The position numbers were made by a program, and so were the translations under genes. A stretch of 63,295 nucleotides of DNA, from IMG/VR virus record IMGVR_UViG_3300032050_008197, positions 1 through 63,295 of that record. One strand, written 5' to 3'. This stretch comes from a virus. Taxonomy: Duplodnaviria > Caudoviricetes. Shown here piece by piece: positions 26,749-36,823 of this stretch (within the stretch, counting starts at the first letter, position 1; every line of letters begins with the position of its first letter). The notes under the pieces are model-generated. The model was not told the DNA's origin and ran no database searches. It saw only the letters and a program-made list of their open reading frames with translations.

Positions 26749-29237
26749 TAGATGAAATCCGCAGGGTTAGGTGTAGTACCTACACTATTTCTTAAATCAG
26801 CTTGAATCTGTTCTGTAGTTTGTGAAGCAAAGATTTCTTTAGGCTGCTGAATCCTATTCTTCTCTGCTTCATTATCAGCTTTTAATCTCACAGCTAATCT
26901 CTCATTTTCAGCCTTAGCCTCCACACTTCTTTTCATAATATCAGCACGAGTCTGATTAGCTTCCTTAGCACGTTCGACTTGAGAGCCGGTCTTGAAGTCT
27001 TTTCTCTGCTCCTCTCTCTGAGCTTGCATATCTTTTCTATTCTGCTCCATCTCCATAGCAGTAGCAGCTTCCTCTTCCTGCGCTCTTCTTCTAAGCTCTG
27101 CTTGCTGCATCTTCTGCGCTCTCACACGATTTAACTGAGCAAACTTCTGAAGCTGTCTTATGCTAGGAGTTAACTCCTCTATGTACTGAGCATTCAAACT
27201 ATCCTCTTCTATATACTTAATATGTTCTCCAATGTGAGGAAGCATGAGACTGAAGTATCCGTCAGCCTGAGCAGGGTCCATCTCCTGAGCTTGGATAGCT
27301 TTAACTACTCCCATAGCGTCAGCCATATGTGAACCGATATGAGCTTTATGCTGATTATCTTTCTCAGCTTGAGGCATCTCTCCTTGCTTGACTATCACAT
27401 TCTCTAGTCTCGCTAAAGATGCTCCTCCTAACGCTTCATCCGGTACTGTAGCGTCTCCTAAGTATCTCTGAACGTAGTCAGCACCTAATCCGCTATTAAT
27501 GATATCTGCTCTGTAATTATACTGACCTTTAGCAGAGAAGCCTCCTGCAATGCCGGCTACTGATCTGAGTCCCATCTGAAGTCCAAGAGAGCTTCCATCT
27601 CCTGCTACTCTCGCAGCTTTCACTCTTAAGTGTTTCGGAAGCTCTCCTTTCTTTGCTCCGTTTTTCATGAACATTTCTTCAGGAACACCTTCGTCCATGC
27701 ACTCTTCTTTCCATCTTTCGAACACAGGATAATCCGGATGGTCTTTGGGGCAGTGATACATTTTAATTACCATCTGCTTTAGAGTGATATCCATGAACTT
27801 ATAGAAGTGCATTACAGTTTGCTTACCTACTGCAAACTCTTTTACGTTTTGAATCTTAACTTCGTCTGGGCTCTTAGATCCTTTGTCCTGATCAGGGATA
27901 GTAGTATCGTCTCCTGACATCTGAGCATTACGAGCAATCTTTCTCTCAAAGTGCTGCGCTATCTGTATTACTTGGCCGGTGTTACTTCCAAGATTATTCT
28001 GAGCTAATTTAGCTGACCCTATATTAGTAGCTACTCCTGGAATGAACTTCACAGGGTCCATGCTTTGACCTAAAGCAGATGGCGACTCTATCACCGGAGT
28101 AGCAGCCATCTTCCCCATATCTACTGTGCTGCAATCTAACTGCATCACAGCCTGACATGCCGGATAAATCTTCTGCCCTACTCCTCTGTTCCCGTGTATG
28201 TACCTCTCTCCTGCAGAGTAAGTAAATGCAACTACTGCTTCTTGGAACGACTCATACTGTCCCGTTACTTTATATAAGAACTCATCTCCAGTAGTTCCTA
28301 TGGTAGGGTCAAAAATGTATTTAGATATCTTACGGTCATACTCTCTGTACAGTAATCCAGACAAAGGAACTGTATCGGAAAATACCATAGCACTATTTAA
28401 GTTTCCGTTCTGGAAACCGGTTTGAAGGTCAACTAGATTTCCAAAAGGATATCCACTCCATCCGTTAGTTTTAGCTATGTTATTAGCTCTTAGTAAAAGA
28501 AATCTCTCTAGAGCATCTATATTCCAAGGTGCCTTGTCTTGCTCCTCTTTAGATTTCTGAGAAAGAACATTATACACTCCCCACAGATATGACATCTGGT
28601 ACGGGGTATCCATTGCTACGTAATCCCATTTACCTGCATTACTTAAAGTGTTATTCGGAACATAGAATCTTGCGTAATCTACAGACTCCCACTTAAAAGA
28701 ATTCTCATCATCAAACACAATAGGAGATAGCCCTAACATTACTAATTGCAGAGCCATAGTAGCGTACTCTGTAGAGAAGTCCGGCCATTCTTCTAAAATT
28801 ACCTCTGTCCACTTCCGGCTCATTGTTTCTGCCCAGGTAGTGTAATCCTGGTCTTGCTGACTTTGATAAGGGCGAATTTCAAATTTAATTAAGTAAGAGT
28901 TATTGTTAATTAGGTTCCAAAGCGTAAGAGCCGATCTCTCTATTAAGGCTTTAGCATCTAGAAAATTAGCATTAGTAACATGGTCAAGGCCGGCCTTTGC
29001 TAGCTCTTCTTGGTCAAAAGGAGGGTTACCTCCCACTAGTCCTATGATTTGAGAAGCTAGGTAAATTCGGTCTAGATGATCCATTCTAGCTTGGTTCCAG
29101 TAAGTTCTTGCTGCACTTACTGTCATGATTATGTTATCTGGAGCTTTTAGTTTTCCAGACGGCTCTGGAACAATTAATCCTCTGCCTGATAATCCACCAG
29201 GTGAATCTATGTATCTATTTCCTGTTGCTGTATCCAC
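26748..29237 (-). CDS. Portal protein
   Basis: 829 aa with C-terminal Q/E/R coiled-coil barrel typical of P22-like portals; leads the head cluster. Confidence 0.7.
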   Translation of the reverse strand: MDTATGNRYIDSPGGLSGRGLIVPEPSGKLKAPDNIIMTVSAARTYWNQARMDHLDRIYLASQIIGLVGGNPPFDQEELAKAGLDHVTNANFLDAKALIERSALTLWNLINNNSYLIKFEIRPYQSQQDQDYTTWAETMSRKWTEVILEEWPDFSTEYATMALQLVMLGLSPIVFDDENSFKWESVDYARFYVPNNTLSNAGKWDYVAMDTPYQMSYLWGVYNVLSQKSKEEQDKAPWNIDALERFLLLRANNIAKTNGWSGYPFGNLVDLQTGFQNGNLNSAMVFSDTVPLSGLLYREYDRKISKYIFDPTIGTTGDEFLYKVTGQYESFQEAVVAFTYSAGERYIHGNRGVGQKIYPACQAVMQLDCSTVDMGKMAATPVIESPSALGQSMDPVKFIPGVATNIGSAKLAQNNLGSNTGQVIQIAQHFERKIARNAQMSGDDTTIPDQDKGSKSPDEVKIQNVKEFAVGKQTVMHFYKFMDITLKQMVIKMYHCPKDHPDYPVFERWKEECMDEGVPEEMFMKNGAKKGELPKHLRVKAARVAGDGSSLGLQMGLRSVAGIAGGFSAKGQYNYRADIINSGLGADYVQRYLGDATVPDEALGGASLARLENVIVKQGEMPQAEKDNQHKAHIGSHMADAMGVVKAIQAQEMDPAQADGYFSLMLPHIGEHIKYIEEDSLNAQYIEELTPSIRQLQKFAQLNRVRAQKMQQAELRRRAQEEEAATAMEMEQNRKDMQAQREEQRKDFKTGSQVERAKEANQTRADIMKRSVEAKAENERLAVRLKADNEAEKNRIQQPKEIFASQTTEQIQADLRNSVGTTPNPADFI

Positions 29238-29738
29238 TTAGGTTATCTCCACGCTACGCATATCTTCAGATAATTTAATGTTGCCCCATCTCTTTCCTGA
29301 CTTAACCCGACTTATAAAACCTGAGCTAAGTCCAGTTAAGGATGTTATGCATTTAGGAGCATACCCTATTCCTATTAAAAGCTTAAGATGAATTACATCA
29401 TCTATAGTCAACTTACTGTTTGTCCTTTTTTGAGAATTAGTTTGATGCGTCACCCATCTACAATTTTCAGGACAATAGTTTCCATCATTGTTTATTCTAT
29501 CTATCTGTAATTTAGAATCATATCCGTTACTTAATGCCCATTCCTTAAAGGTAATGAAATCTTTCCACTCTTCGCAAACTCTTATGCCTCTGTCATAGTA
29601 ATTCTTTCTTATAGCTCCTACAGCTTTTTCACTGCAACGAGATATCATTCCATACCATATATAGTACACTCGTCTCTTTATGTGTGATTGCCTCTGAAGA
29701 CGTTTTCTTCTATTTTCTGAGCTTTCTTGCATCGTCAT
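29238..29738 (-). CDS. HNH homing endonuclease
   Basis: WYGMISRC...YYDRGIRVCEEW...IDRINNDGNYCPENCRW. Confidence 0.85.
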   Translation of the reverse strand: MTMQESSENRRKRLQRQSHIKRRVYYIWYGMISRCSEKAVGAIRKNYYDRGIRVCEEWKDFITFKEWALSNGYDSKLQIDRINNDGNYCPENCRWVTHQTNSQKRTNSKLTIDDVIHLKLLIGIGYAPKCITSLTGLSSGFISRVKSGKRWGNIKLSEDMRSVEIT

Positions 29739-30297
29739 CCAAAATATTTAACTGCCAACAATTTATTTCCTCATATTTTTGTAGCTGCTCCTCAGTGGCA
29801 GGAACTTTACCGGACCAAAAAACCTTACCATTAAGAGCGCAAAGACAAACATCACATCTTCCTAACCTATCATACTGTGCTGTTCTCTTACCTCCTACTG
29901 AGTTAATAGCAATAACATCTACCCAACTCTTCTCAAGCAATCCGTTATACTTACAGCCGGCGCATTGCTTAGCTCTCTTCTCTGCAGTCTCTTGAGAAGC
30001 AAATGAACTGTACATATAATTCTTAATTACAGCTACTCCTCCTCTGATATAATCCATCAACCCTAATGGTAATTCTTTAGGTTCGCACTTACCGATATTT
30101 TCGGGAAGTACACACCAGTAGTTTTCCAAAACATCTGACAAATAATCTATTGGCTCTAAACCGTTTTGTTCCCGATATAAAATAATCCTGTCCATCAAGG
30201 TTTTCTTAGAAACTTCCGGTCCATAAGTCATTCCATTATCCGGATCTTTAAAGATAAATTGCTGTGGACCTAGAAATGATTTAAACTTTAAAATCAT
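29710..30297 (-). CDS. Hypothetical Cys-rich protein
   Basis: CAGC, CDVCLC and CW motifs; probable start MILKFK. Confidence 0.6.
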   Translation of the reverse strand: MILKFKSFLGPQQFIFKDPDNGMTYGPEVSKKTLMDRIILYREQNGLEPIDYLSDVLENYWCVLPENIGKCEPKELPLGLMDYIRGGVAVIKNYMYSSFASQETAEKRAKQCAGCKYNGLLEKSWVDVIAINSVGGKRTAQYDRLGRCDVCLCALNGKVFWSGKVPATEEQLQKYEEINCWQLNILDDDARKLRK

Positions 30298-32263
30298 GAG
30301 TGGCACCGAATTGATACGAAAAGAAGGTTGGGAACTAGTATCGAAAGAGGAAAAAGGCCAGACAGCATACTATGTAAGAACCCCTTACGAAAATGAATTA
30401 GGACTATTGAAAGCTAGGCATCCGGCTTGGCTGCACTTGGAAATCTACGCCAAGCATACTTCACCTGAAGTCCGTTATCAACATATGAAAAAAGCTCACG
30501 ATATCCTGTGGCCTAAAGAGATATGGCATGAGTGGACAGAAAGGAGATTCAAAGCGCATTGCGGTATTAATGCCCCTACTCCTGCAGGGTATAACTATAT
30601 AGTACAAGCAGGGGGAGGGTCTAAAGCTAAGTCCTACGACTGGGGTAAGATAGCAGTATTATTCTATTTTGCTAATCCAGAAGAGAGGACTGTAACGGTA
30701 GCTTCTACAACTTTAGCTTCCTTGAAAGGACGGGTCTGGGGATACTTAACTGAGTTCGTAAGAACAATGACTATTAAGCCTAGATACAATTATACAAAAT
30801 CCCCTAATCCGGCTTTTCTTCCTGTAGTTACTGATCCTACTAAAAAGAAAAGACGTGGAGATGTAGAAGAATCCACTCTTCACGGAATGTTCGCAGTCAC
30901 TGCAAAGCTAGGAGATGACGACCAAGCAATAGCAAACTGGATTGGTAAGCATCCTAAAGATAAAATGCTTTTAATTCTTGACGAAGGTAACTACATGCCT
31001 ATGTCAATTGTTAACGCATTTCCTAACTTAAACTCTCATCCGGAAAAGTTTCAGCTATGCATCATAGCTAACTCTAAATCAGTTTCTGACCTTCATGGTT
31101 GTTTAGCTACTCCTAAGAACGGATGGGATTCAGTATCCATAGAGTTAGATGAGTGGGTGACAGTTTATACAAACGGAATATGCCAGTACTTTAATCCTTA
31201 CAAGTGTCCGGCCATTACTCATCCAGATCCCCTCATTAGAGAGAAACTAGGAAAGTTCCTTATCTCTGAAGACAACCTTAAAGCTAAAGAAGCTCAATAC
31301 GGAGTAGACTCAGAAGACTTTTACCGGATGGTGTTAGGGTTCTGGAAGAACCGATCAACAGAGATGGTTACTGTATCAGAGAAGTTCCTAAAGGAGCGCT
31401 CACCTGTTTTACCTATGCAGTGGTCCGGCTACTACCAGATTCAACGTGTAGCCGGCTTTGACTTCGCTATCTCTACAGACGGGGATAATGCAGTCCTCAG
31501 ACTAGCTAATGTAGGTCACGCTATAGATGGTGGCGTTAAGATAGACTTTAACGGCTTATCTACGATATTCAAGCTTAAGTTATCAGCTATAGCCGATAAG
31601 TCCTATGAGAAGCAGATAGCGGAGCAGCTAGTAACTATCCTTACTACCTACGGAGTCAAGATAAACAACCTTGCAGTTGACGTCACCGGCCAGGGGAGGG
31701 CCATAGCAGAGTGTATAGTGTACGAGAATAAAGAAAAAGGGTACCCACTCGGTATAGGTTATCCTCTCAAAGTTTATTCTATGTCAGCGCATAATAAGAC
31801 TAAGAGAAAAGAATCAGCTCCGGATCTATTAGTAGTCAGCACAAATGATTTATATAACGACTTCCGGCTCTATATAGAAAATGATTCTGTCAGGGGATTA
31901 GATGAAATAGTTGTTAGACAGCTAACTAATAGGCACATCATTAGAAACGGAGATAAAGTATTTTTAGAATCTAAGAAAGATTACAAGCGTAGAATGAGTG
32001 CAATCGGTAATCCTCATTCTCCTGATGAAGCTGATGCTTCTGCATTAATAGTTCAAGCTGTTAAAGTCCGTTTAGGTATTGAGCCAGGACTAAAATGGCC
32101 CTTCCCTCAGTACGAGCAAGCCCAAGCACACTTGGATAAACTTTACGCTATGAGTAGAGCCTCTGTCTCTGAAGTAGCTGCTGCACAAAATAAGATGCCG
32201 GCTGCTTTACCTAAGACTAACTTTGCTGCAGGGGTTGAGAAGTATGCGAAGTTTAGAAGATAA
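30296..32263 (+). CDS. terL: Terminase large subunit
   Basis: Walker A variant AGGGSKAKS, Walker B LLILDEG, RNase H-like GFDFA and AVD, C-terminal SPDEADA. Confidence 0.85.
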   Translation: MSGTELIRKEGWELVSKEEKGQTAYYVRTPYENELGLLKARHPAWLHLEIYAKHTSPEVRYQHMKKAHDILWPKEIWHEWTERRFKAHCGINAPTPAGYNYIVQAGGGSKAKSYDWGKIAVLFYFANPEERTVTVASTTLASLKGRVWGYLTEFVRTMTIKPRYNYTKSPNPAFLPVVTDPTKKKRRGDVEESTLHGMFAVTAKLGDDDQAIANWIGKHPKDKMLLILDEGNYMPMSIVNAFPNLNSHPEKFQLCIIANSKSVSDLHGCLATPKNGWDSVSIELDEWVTVYTNGICQYFNPYKCPAITHPDPLIREKLGKFLISEDNLKAKEAQYGVDSEDFYRMVLGFWKNRSTEMVTVSEKFLKERSPVLPMQWSGYYQIQRVAGFDFAISTDGDNAVLRLANVGHAIDGGVKIDFNGLSTIFKLKLSAIADKSYEKQIAEQLVTILTTYGVKINNLAVDVTGQGRAIAECIVYENKEKGYPLGIGYPLKVYSMSAHNKTKRKESAPDLLVVSTNDLYNDFRLYIENDSVRGLDEIVVRQLTNRHIIRNGDKVFLESKKDYKRRMSAIGNPHSPDEADASALIVQAVKVRLGIEPGLKWPFPQYEQAQAHLDKLYAMSRASVSEVAAAQNKMPAALPKTNFAAGVEKYAKFRR

Positions 32264-32265
32264 GT

Positions 32266-32341
32266 TGGCTGCATAGGCAAGGATCAAACTTGCGACCACT
32301 GACTTAACAGGTCAGCGCTCTACCGGCTGAGCTACTATGCA
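32266..32341 (-). tRNA. tRNA-Asn(GUU) with encoded CCA
   Basis: 76 nt; acceptor stem TGCATAG/CTATGCA, then G, CCA; D arm GCTC...GAGC; anticodon arm CTGAC-CTGTTAA-GTCAG; T arm GCAAG-TTTGATC-CTTGC. Confidence 0.93.
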
Positions 32342-32794
32342 TTAACTAACATTCCCGTTATCATCAAACTCTAAGTCTTTCTTCCCTACGGCTTTAAGGT
32401 CTTTTAACACTTGACGCCTGTGTCTGTGGACCCCGATGCCGGCCATTACTAACTTGATTAATGAGTTAGTGGAACCGACATGACCGAATCCCTTGTGTAT
32501 ATTATTTAGATACATGTCACAAGAGGATAGTTCATCTATCAGAACTTTCTTCTCTAAGCTCGGTAAGTTGTATATATCGAAGTCTGCCTCCGTAACTCTC
32601 TGCTCATCAGTGTCGATCTTTATGGGGAGGGGTGATGAGGTACGGAATTCTGTGTGGGCATCTTCGTATCTGTCTCCTCCATCGTAATCAGTTAAGTTTA
32701 TTTTCTCTGGTATGGATGGGAAGTTTATATCGTCTTTCATTATTGTAACTCTTTTAATTACAGAGGTTTTAGGAGTCCTGGGGATTTTTTTCAT
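32342..32794 (-). CDS. Hypothetical protein (possible terminase small subunit by position)
   Basis: Adjacent to terL and the G-rich boundary; no diagnostic motif. Confidence 0.5.
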   Translation of the reverse strand: MKKIPRTPKTSVIKRVTIMKDDINFPSIPEKINLTDYDGGDRYEDAHTEFRTSSPLPIKIDTDEQRVTEADFDIYNLPSLEKKVLIDELSSCDMYLNNIHKGFGHVGSTNSLIKLVMAGIGVHRHRRQVLKDLKAVGKKDLEFDDNGNVS

Positions 32795-33198
32795 TATACA
32801 CCAAAAGAATGTTTTAACAGTAGACTAGCGTGGGGGGTGGGGGCGGGGTCGTCAAAATTTTCCGGCTCAATCCGCTAACTAATTTAAAAGATTACTTATT
32901 TTATGATATGTCTATCCCCTGCATATCTCATCTTATGTGCATGTGCTTGCTCGAATCCCTCAGTATTTCGATAGCCTACGTTATTTTGTACCCCTGGAAA
33001 TTTTGCTGTGTTGCTTATGTATATAGAGCGCATTGCTCTTGATGCACTGTGCATGTTGGTTAGTTGGTCATGTTCGATGCATTCGTAGTGATGATGCCTA
33101 ATAAAACGGGCTTACTTCACTAGAACGTTAAAACTAGTGAACTAAGAATGTGAAACTAATCAGAGAGTAGGCGCATCTTAGAGAATATAGAAAATAAA

Positions 33199-33240
33199 TG
33201 TAAATAATTTATTTACAGTAGACGATAGATCAGATACGAT
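33199..33240 (+). promoter_or_regulatory. Early sigma70 promoter with a palindrome overlapping the -35
   Basis: TTTACA (33212-17), 17-nt spacer, TACGAT (33235-40); A-rich UP element; perfect inverted repeat TGTAAATAA-T-TTATTTACA at 33199-33217. Confidence 0.7.
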
Positions 33241-33294
33241 AGACAAAATTGCATCTTAACGATGCAACGTGAATCAACTAATAGGAGATAAAAA

Positions 33295-33645
33295 ATGGAA
33301 TTAAATATAACTGATATAATAAATAATATCGACTCTTTTTCTGGCTGCTATGGTTCAATTGCACAATTTGGAAATAATGCAGCATCATATACTTGGAATA
33401 ACGCTTGCGATTGGGCAATGAATCAACCTTTAAAAGATCAAGAACATTACAATACGCTTAGAAATTACTTTCAATCATTTGGCGCATGGTCAAAGGATGA
33501 ATTAATTAAAATGGATGCCGTTGAATTAGGTGCTTTACTGCTTCAATACATTCTAGCTTGTCATCAAGAAGAGTCACCTGACTTTGATACAGGCCATATA
33601 TTTAAAACAGATGAAGGACATTTTTATATCTCTTTATGTGAGTAA
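33295..33645 (+). CDS. Early hypothetical protein
   Basis: AGGAG SD; first gene after the promoter. Confidence 0.75.
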   Translation: MELNITDIINNIDSFSGCYGSIAQFGNNAASYTWNNACDWAMNQPLKDQEHYNTLRNYFQSFGAWSKDELIKMDAVELGALLLQYILACHQEESPDFDTGHIFKTDEGHFYISLCE

Positions 33646-33705
33646 TTAATTCCCGCAGTGCATTGATCACAGTGCATTGCATGAATCGATTATGATTCTA
33701 GTCAA
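33643..33705 (+). promoter_or_regulatory. Early intergenic hairpin element (RNase III-like site) with GATTCTAGTCAA tail
   Basis: ATTC-cc-GCAGTGCATTG-atca-CAGTGCATTGC-at-GAAT. Confidence 0.7.
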
Positions 33706-33719
33706 CAAAGGATAATAAA

Positions 33720-34619
33720 ATGGACAACGAACAACTAATCCATATCTGGGCAAACAAAGGACACGATAGAAGGTCCGGTAATCTTTCAATAAGATCCGGT
33801 GATTTATACAGCTATGAAAAACTAATCGGTAAACATTTTGAGGGGTTCACGCTGATTCAATCATCAGAGGGTTTTAGTGTTACTACATCAAGACATATCA
33901 GTTTAGCTTATAGATCTGTATCGCATCTTGCTGTTTATTTTGCTGATAACTTAAGATTTATTGAACGCTTAAGCATTGAAGGTATCGGTAAACAACTATT
34001 CAATGAATACTCCGATAAAATTGATAATGACTTAAAAAGTTTATCAAGAGCAAGATCGCATATAGTTAATTCGTTTAACCGTATTAGAGAATTGGCACAT
34101 GATGCGTGTAAACTTTTCGTTATGTCTAATCAGGATCGTATACCGGCATATGAATGGCTATTAGTTCTAGCTAACTCGAATAATGCTAGTTATTCAATAT
34201 CATCAGCCGACACATATTTACTTGAGCAACTACAAGCAAGATACAATCTTGATTTACTAAAAAAACTCAATAACGAAAAATTAGCTGATTCACGCAAGGA
34301 AGAACAACGTAAACTACAGGCATTAAAACGCATTGAAGATCAGAAGCAAAATGCTATCAAATGGAGGGCTCATAAGTTCCCTGGGAATCTGTTTGACCTT
34401 CCTGTAATGTTGAGAATTATAGGAGATGAGATCCAAACTTCCCATGGTGCAACAGTGCCATTAAAAGAGGCATACGCTTTATATCAAGCTCATTTATCAG
34501 GTAACTCTATAACCAATTACAGAATAGGGCATTTCACAGTTACTCACGTAAATGATGAATACATCAAGATAGGTTGTCACACTATCCCAATGCAGGAAGT
34601 TAAGGATTTATTGGGTTAG
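33720..34619 (+). CDS. Early hypothetical protein
   Basis: 299 aa; AAAGGA SD; TSHGA and IGCHxI motifs. Confidence 0.8.
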   Translation: MDNEQLIHIWANKGHDRRSGNLSIRSGDLYSYEKLIGKHFEGFTLIQSSEGFSVTTSRHISLAYRSVSHLAVYFADNLRFIERLSIEGIGKQLFNEYSDKIDNDLKSLSRARSHIVNSFNRIRELAHDACKLFVMSNQDRIPAYEWLLVLANSNNASYSISSADTYLLEQLQARYNLDLLKKLNNEKLADSRKEEQRKLQALKRIEDQKQNAIKWRAHKFPGNLFDLPVMLRIIGDEIQTSHGATVPLKEAYALYQAHLSGNSITNYRIGHFTVTHVNDEYIKIGCHTIPMQEVKDLLG

Positions 34620-34683
34620 TTATTCACAGGATACTTCTAAGGAAGTATCCGATGAATCACTCAATCAAGAGGATTCTAGTCAA
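34617..34683 (+). promoter_or_regulatory. Early intergenic hairpin element with GATTCTAGTCAA tail
   Basis: ATTCA-ca-GGATACTTC-taag-GAAGTATCC-ga-TGAAT. Confidence 0.7.
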
Positions 34684-34694
34684 AAGGTAAAAAC

Positions 34695-35276
34695 ATGAGA
34701 GAAAAAACAATAAAATTATATACGTTTGATGAATTAACAGATCAAGCTAAACAGAAGGCTATCGAATGGTATCGTAGCATTAACGATGAAATATTCTGGC
34801 AATCCGAGACGTTCGATTCATTAAAAGCCGTATTTGAAAGGGTAGGTATAAGGATACGTGATTATGACCTAGGAATTGATGGTTATAGTTATATCCGGTT
34901 TGACTTAAACGATTCGATAGCAGAATTAAAAGGAGTAAGAGCATTCACATGGTTAGAAAATAATTTATTCTCTAAACTAAGACTAACTAGGAATGCCTAC
35001 TTAAAGAATAGAAAAAATAACCTTAAGTATGGCTATAAAGTAAATGCTATTCCTAGTTGTCCCTTAACAGGGTATTACGCCGATGAAACTTTTCTAGAAT
35101 CCCTTAAAAAAGATGCTTTAAATGGTAATACGCTTAAAGAATGCTTCCAACATTTAGCGCTTGTATATGTAAATGTATTGCAATCCGAATATGACTATCA
35201 AAACAGTGCGGAGTACATAACTGAAACAATACAATGCAATCAGTATGAATTTTTAGAAGATGGTACTAGAGCATAG
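34695..35276 (+). CDS. Early protein of a common mobile-element family (often labelled antitoxin of a toxin-antitoxin stability system)
   Basis: YTFDEL...AKQKA at the N-terminus and EYDY..S.E...ETI..NQYEFLEDG at the C-terminus. Confidence 0.6.
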   Translation: MREKTIKLYTFDELTDQAKQKAIEWYRSINDEIFWQSETFDSLKAVFERVGIRIRDYDLGIDGYSYIRFDLNDSIAELKGVRAFTWLENNLFSKLRLTRNAYLKNRKNNLKYGYKVNAIPSCPLTGYYADETFLESLKKDALNGNTLKECFQHLALVYVNVLQSEYDYQNSAEYITETIQCNQYEFLEDGTRA

Positions 35277-35334
35277 TGCTTCACAAGGTACCGGTTTATC
35301 CGGTACCTGATGAATCAATGCTGATTCTAGTCAA
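35277..35334 (+). promoter_or_regulatory. Early intergenic hairpin element with GATTCTAGTCAA tail
   Basis: TTCA-ca-AGGTACCGG-tttat-CCGGTACCT-ga-TGAA. Confidence 0.7.
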
Positions 35335-35342
35335 GGAGATAT

Positions 35343-35615
35343 ATGAAAAGAGAATTAAGAAACTTAGTAAATTACTTTGAATTGCCTGCAGAATGGCAGA
35401 TTGAAGCACAATCAAATAATGATGAGACATACGAAGATGAGATTTATATTGAACCATTAAAGCATCATATACCTAAACAACATATCCTATTTGATTTAGC
35501 TGAGTGTATGAGATGCGATAACTCTCAATACGACGGCGTTATAGGTATCAGTAACACAATGGCAATAGGAGTTAAATTGATCTCAGATACAGAATGCGAA
35601 TTATTTTATTTATAA
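35343..35615 (+). CDS. Early hypothetical protein
   Basis: AAGGAG SD. Confidence 0.7.
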   Translation: MKRELRNLVNYFELPAEWQIEAQSNNDETYEDEIYIEPLKHHIPKQHILFDLAECMRCDNSQYDGVIGISNTMAIGVKLISDTECELFYL

Positions 35616-35763
35616 ACAAAGAGAAAAATATGAGTTCAAGAATTGAATTATTACTATCAGATCATAGAAGAGATCAATCATAAGCTAGGACAAGAGAATG
35701 ATCCGATGTACTTAGCTTATGCATGCGAGTATGTGTTAACCCAACTAAATAAAGGTAATTAAA

Positions 35764-35982
35764 ATGACTAAAACAGTTCCACTAATGAAAGATCTAGGTG
35801 TATCAGTACCCAACGGTGAATTAAAGATTAAACAATCCGGTGGTGGTTACTTTGTCGAGTACCATAACCCGATATATGTTAACTCCCCTTTCATTATGCC
35901 GACTACGTTTAACAGTAAATTCACTATCGAGGAAATATTAAATAGCCGTGAGTTACAAAAGTTTATAGCCCGATTCAGTTAA
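35764..35982 (+). CDS. Early hypothetical protein
   Basis: AAAGGT SD-like sequence. Confidence 0.6.
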   Translation: MTKTVPLMKDLGVSVPNGELKIKQSGGGYFVEYHNPIYVNSPFIMPTTFNSKFTIEEILNSRELQKFIARFS

Positions 35983-35991
35983 CCTATTGAG

Positions 35992-36031
35992 TATTTCCCT
36001 GACTCCTCTTGATTGAGGAGTCTATGAAATA
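35992..36031 (+). promoter_or_regulatory. Early intergenic hairpin element
   Basis: TATTTC-cct-GACTCCTC-ttgatt-GAGGAGTC-tat-GAAATA. Confidence 0.65.
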
Positions 36032-36119
36032 ATCAGCCGTACCTATGCTAGGCATGGTTAGTTATATCTCAACCTAATCGAGCCACTAGGATCGATTATT
36101 AATAAAACGGTAGGAACTT

Positions 36120-36245
36120 ATGTTAACAGTATATCAAGTGAAAGGTTTATTACCTGTAGATCAATACGATACTACAGATATTTATGACCATTATATTTAC
36201 GCTAATTATTTGGAGGCACTCGGTAGAATGAAACTACTTCAGTAG
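36120..36245 (+). CDS. Small early protein (41 aa, MLTVYQVKG...), not in the ORF track
   Basis: Preceded by AAACGGTAGGA. Confidence 0.4.
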   Translation: MLTVYQVKGLLPVDQYDTTDIYDHYIYANYLEALGRMKLLQ

Positions 36246-36640
36246 GAAAATACTAGTATGACATACATAGTCGTTAGTCATGCGGTAAAAAACTCCCTCT
36301 CGATTCCCGCAACCATATTAAAAGGAGATTAATTTTATGGATATTCAGTTAGAAAAAGAGATCTGCAACATACTAATAGAGGTTTTGGTATTTGGATTTA
36401 TTTTAATGTGTCTAATTGGTTTTTTACCTAAAGTATTTAATCGTAATGACCGTTAAACAGTCATTCGAGTTTAAAGGAGGGAAAGGTTATGAATCAAGAA
36501 AGGTTAACAGGAAAGTTATTAGTGTTAGTACATACAGGCTACCAGTACTCACTAAAGACAGAAAATAATTGCAGAATAAAACGGTTCGATAGAGTTCGTA
36601 CATATTTACTTAAACGGTATATTAGAAAAGGAAAATAAAA

Positions 36641-36823
36641 ATGGAAAAGAAAAAACGATATGACCCTGAGAGAAAAGCTAATGTTGCCGAATTAACTGAT
36701 TTACTAAATCAGCTAATAGAAGCTAATGAGTCAGATATGGATATTATAAACAAACTAATAGAAACCTATAAATCTGAATACCTATTCACAGTGATAGCAT
36801 TCGCAGAAGATTACATTTATTAG
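36641..36823 (+). CDS. Early hypothetical protein
   Basis: AAAGGA SD. Confidence 0.6.
   Translation: MEKKKRYDPERKANVAELTDLLNQLIEANESDMDIINKLIETYKSEYLFTVIAFAEDYIY

Noticed and set aside
32830-33042. 70-aa ORF beginning MGGGGG
   Set aside because: It starts inside the G-run, has no SD and has atypical composition; more likely non-coding terminal DNA.
35306-35316. CTGATGA at ~35307 (also ~36970) as further hammerheads
   Set aside because: No stem II followed by GAAA and no NUH site in a compatible arrangement.
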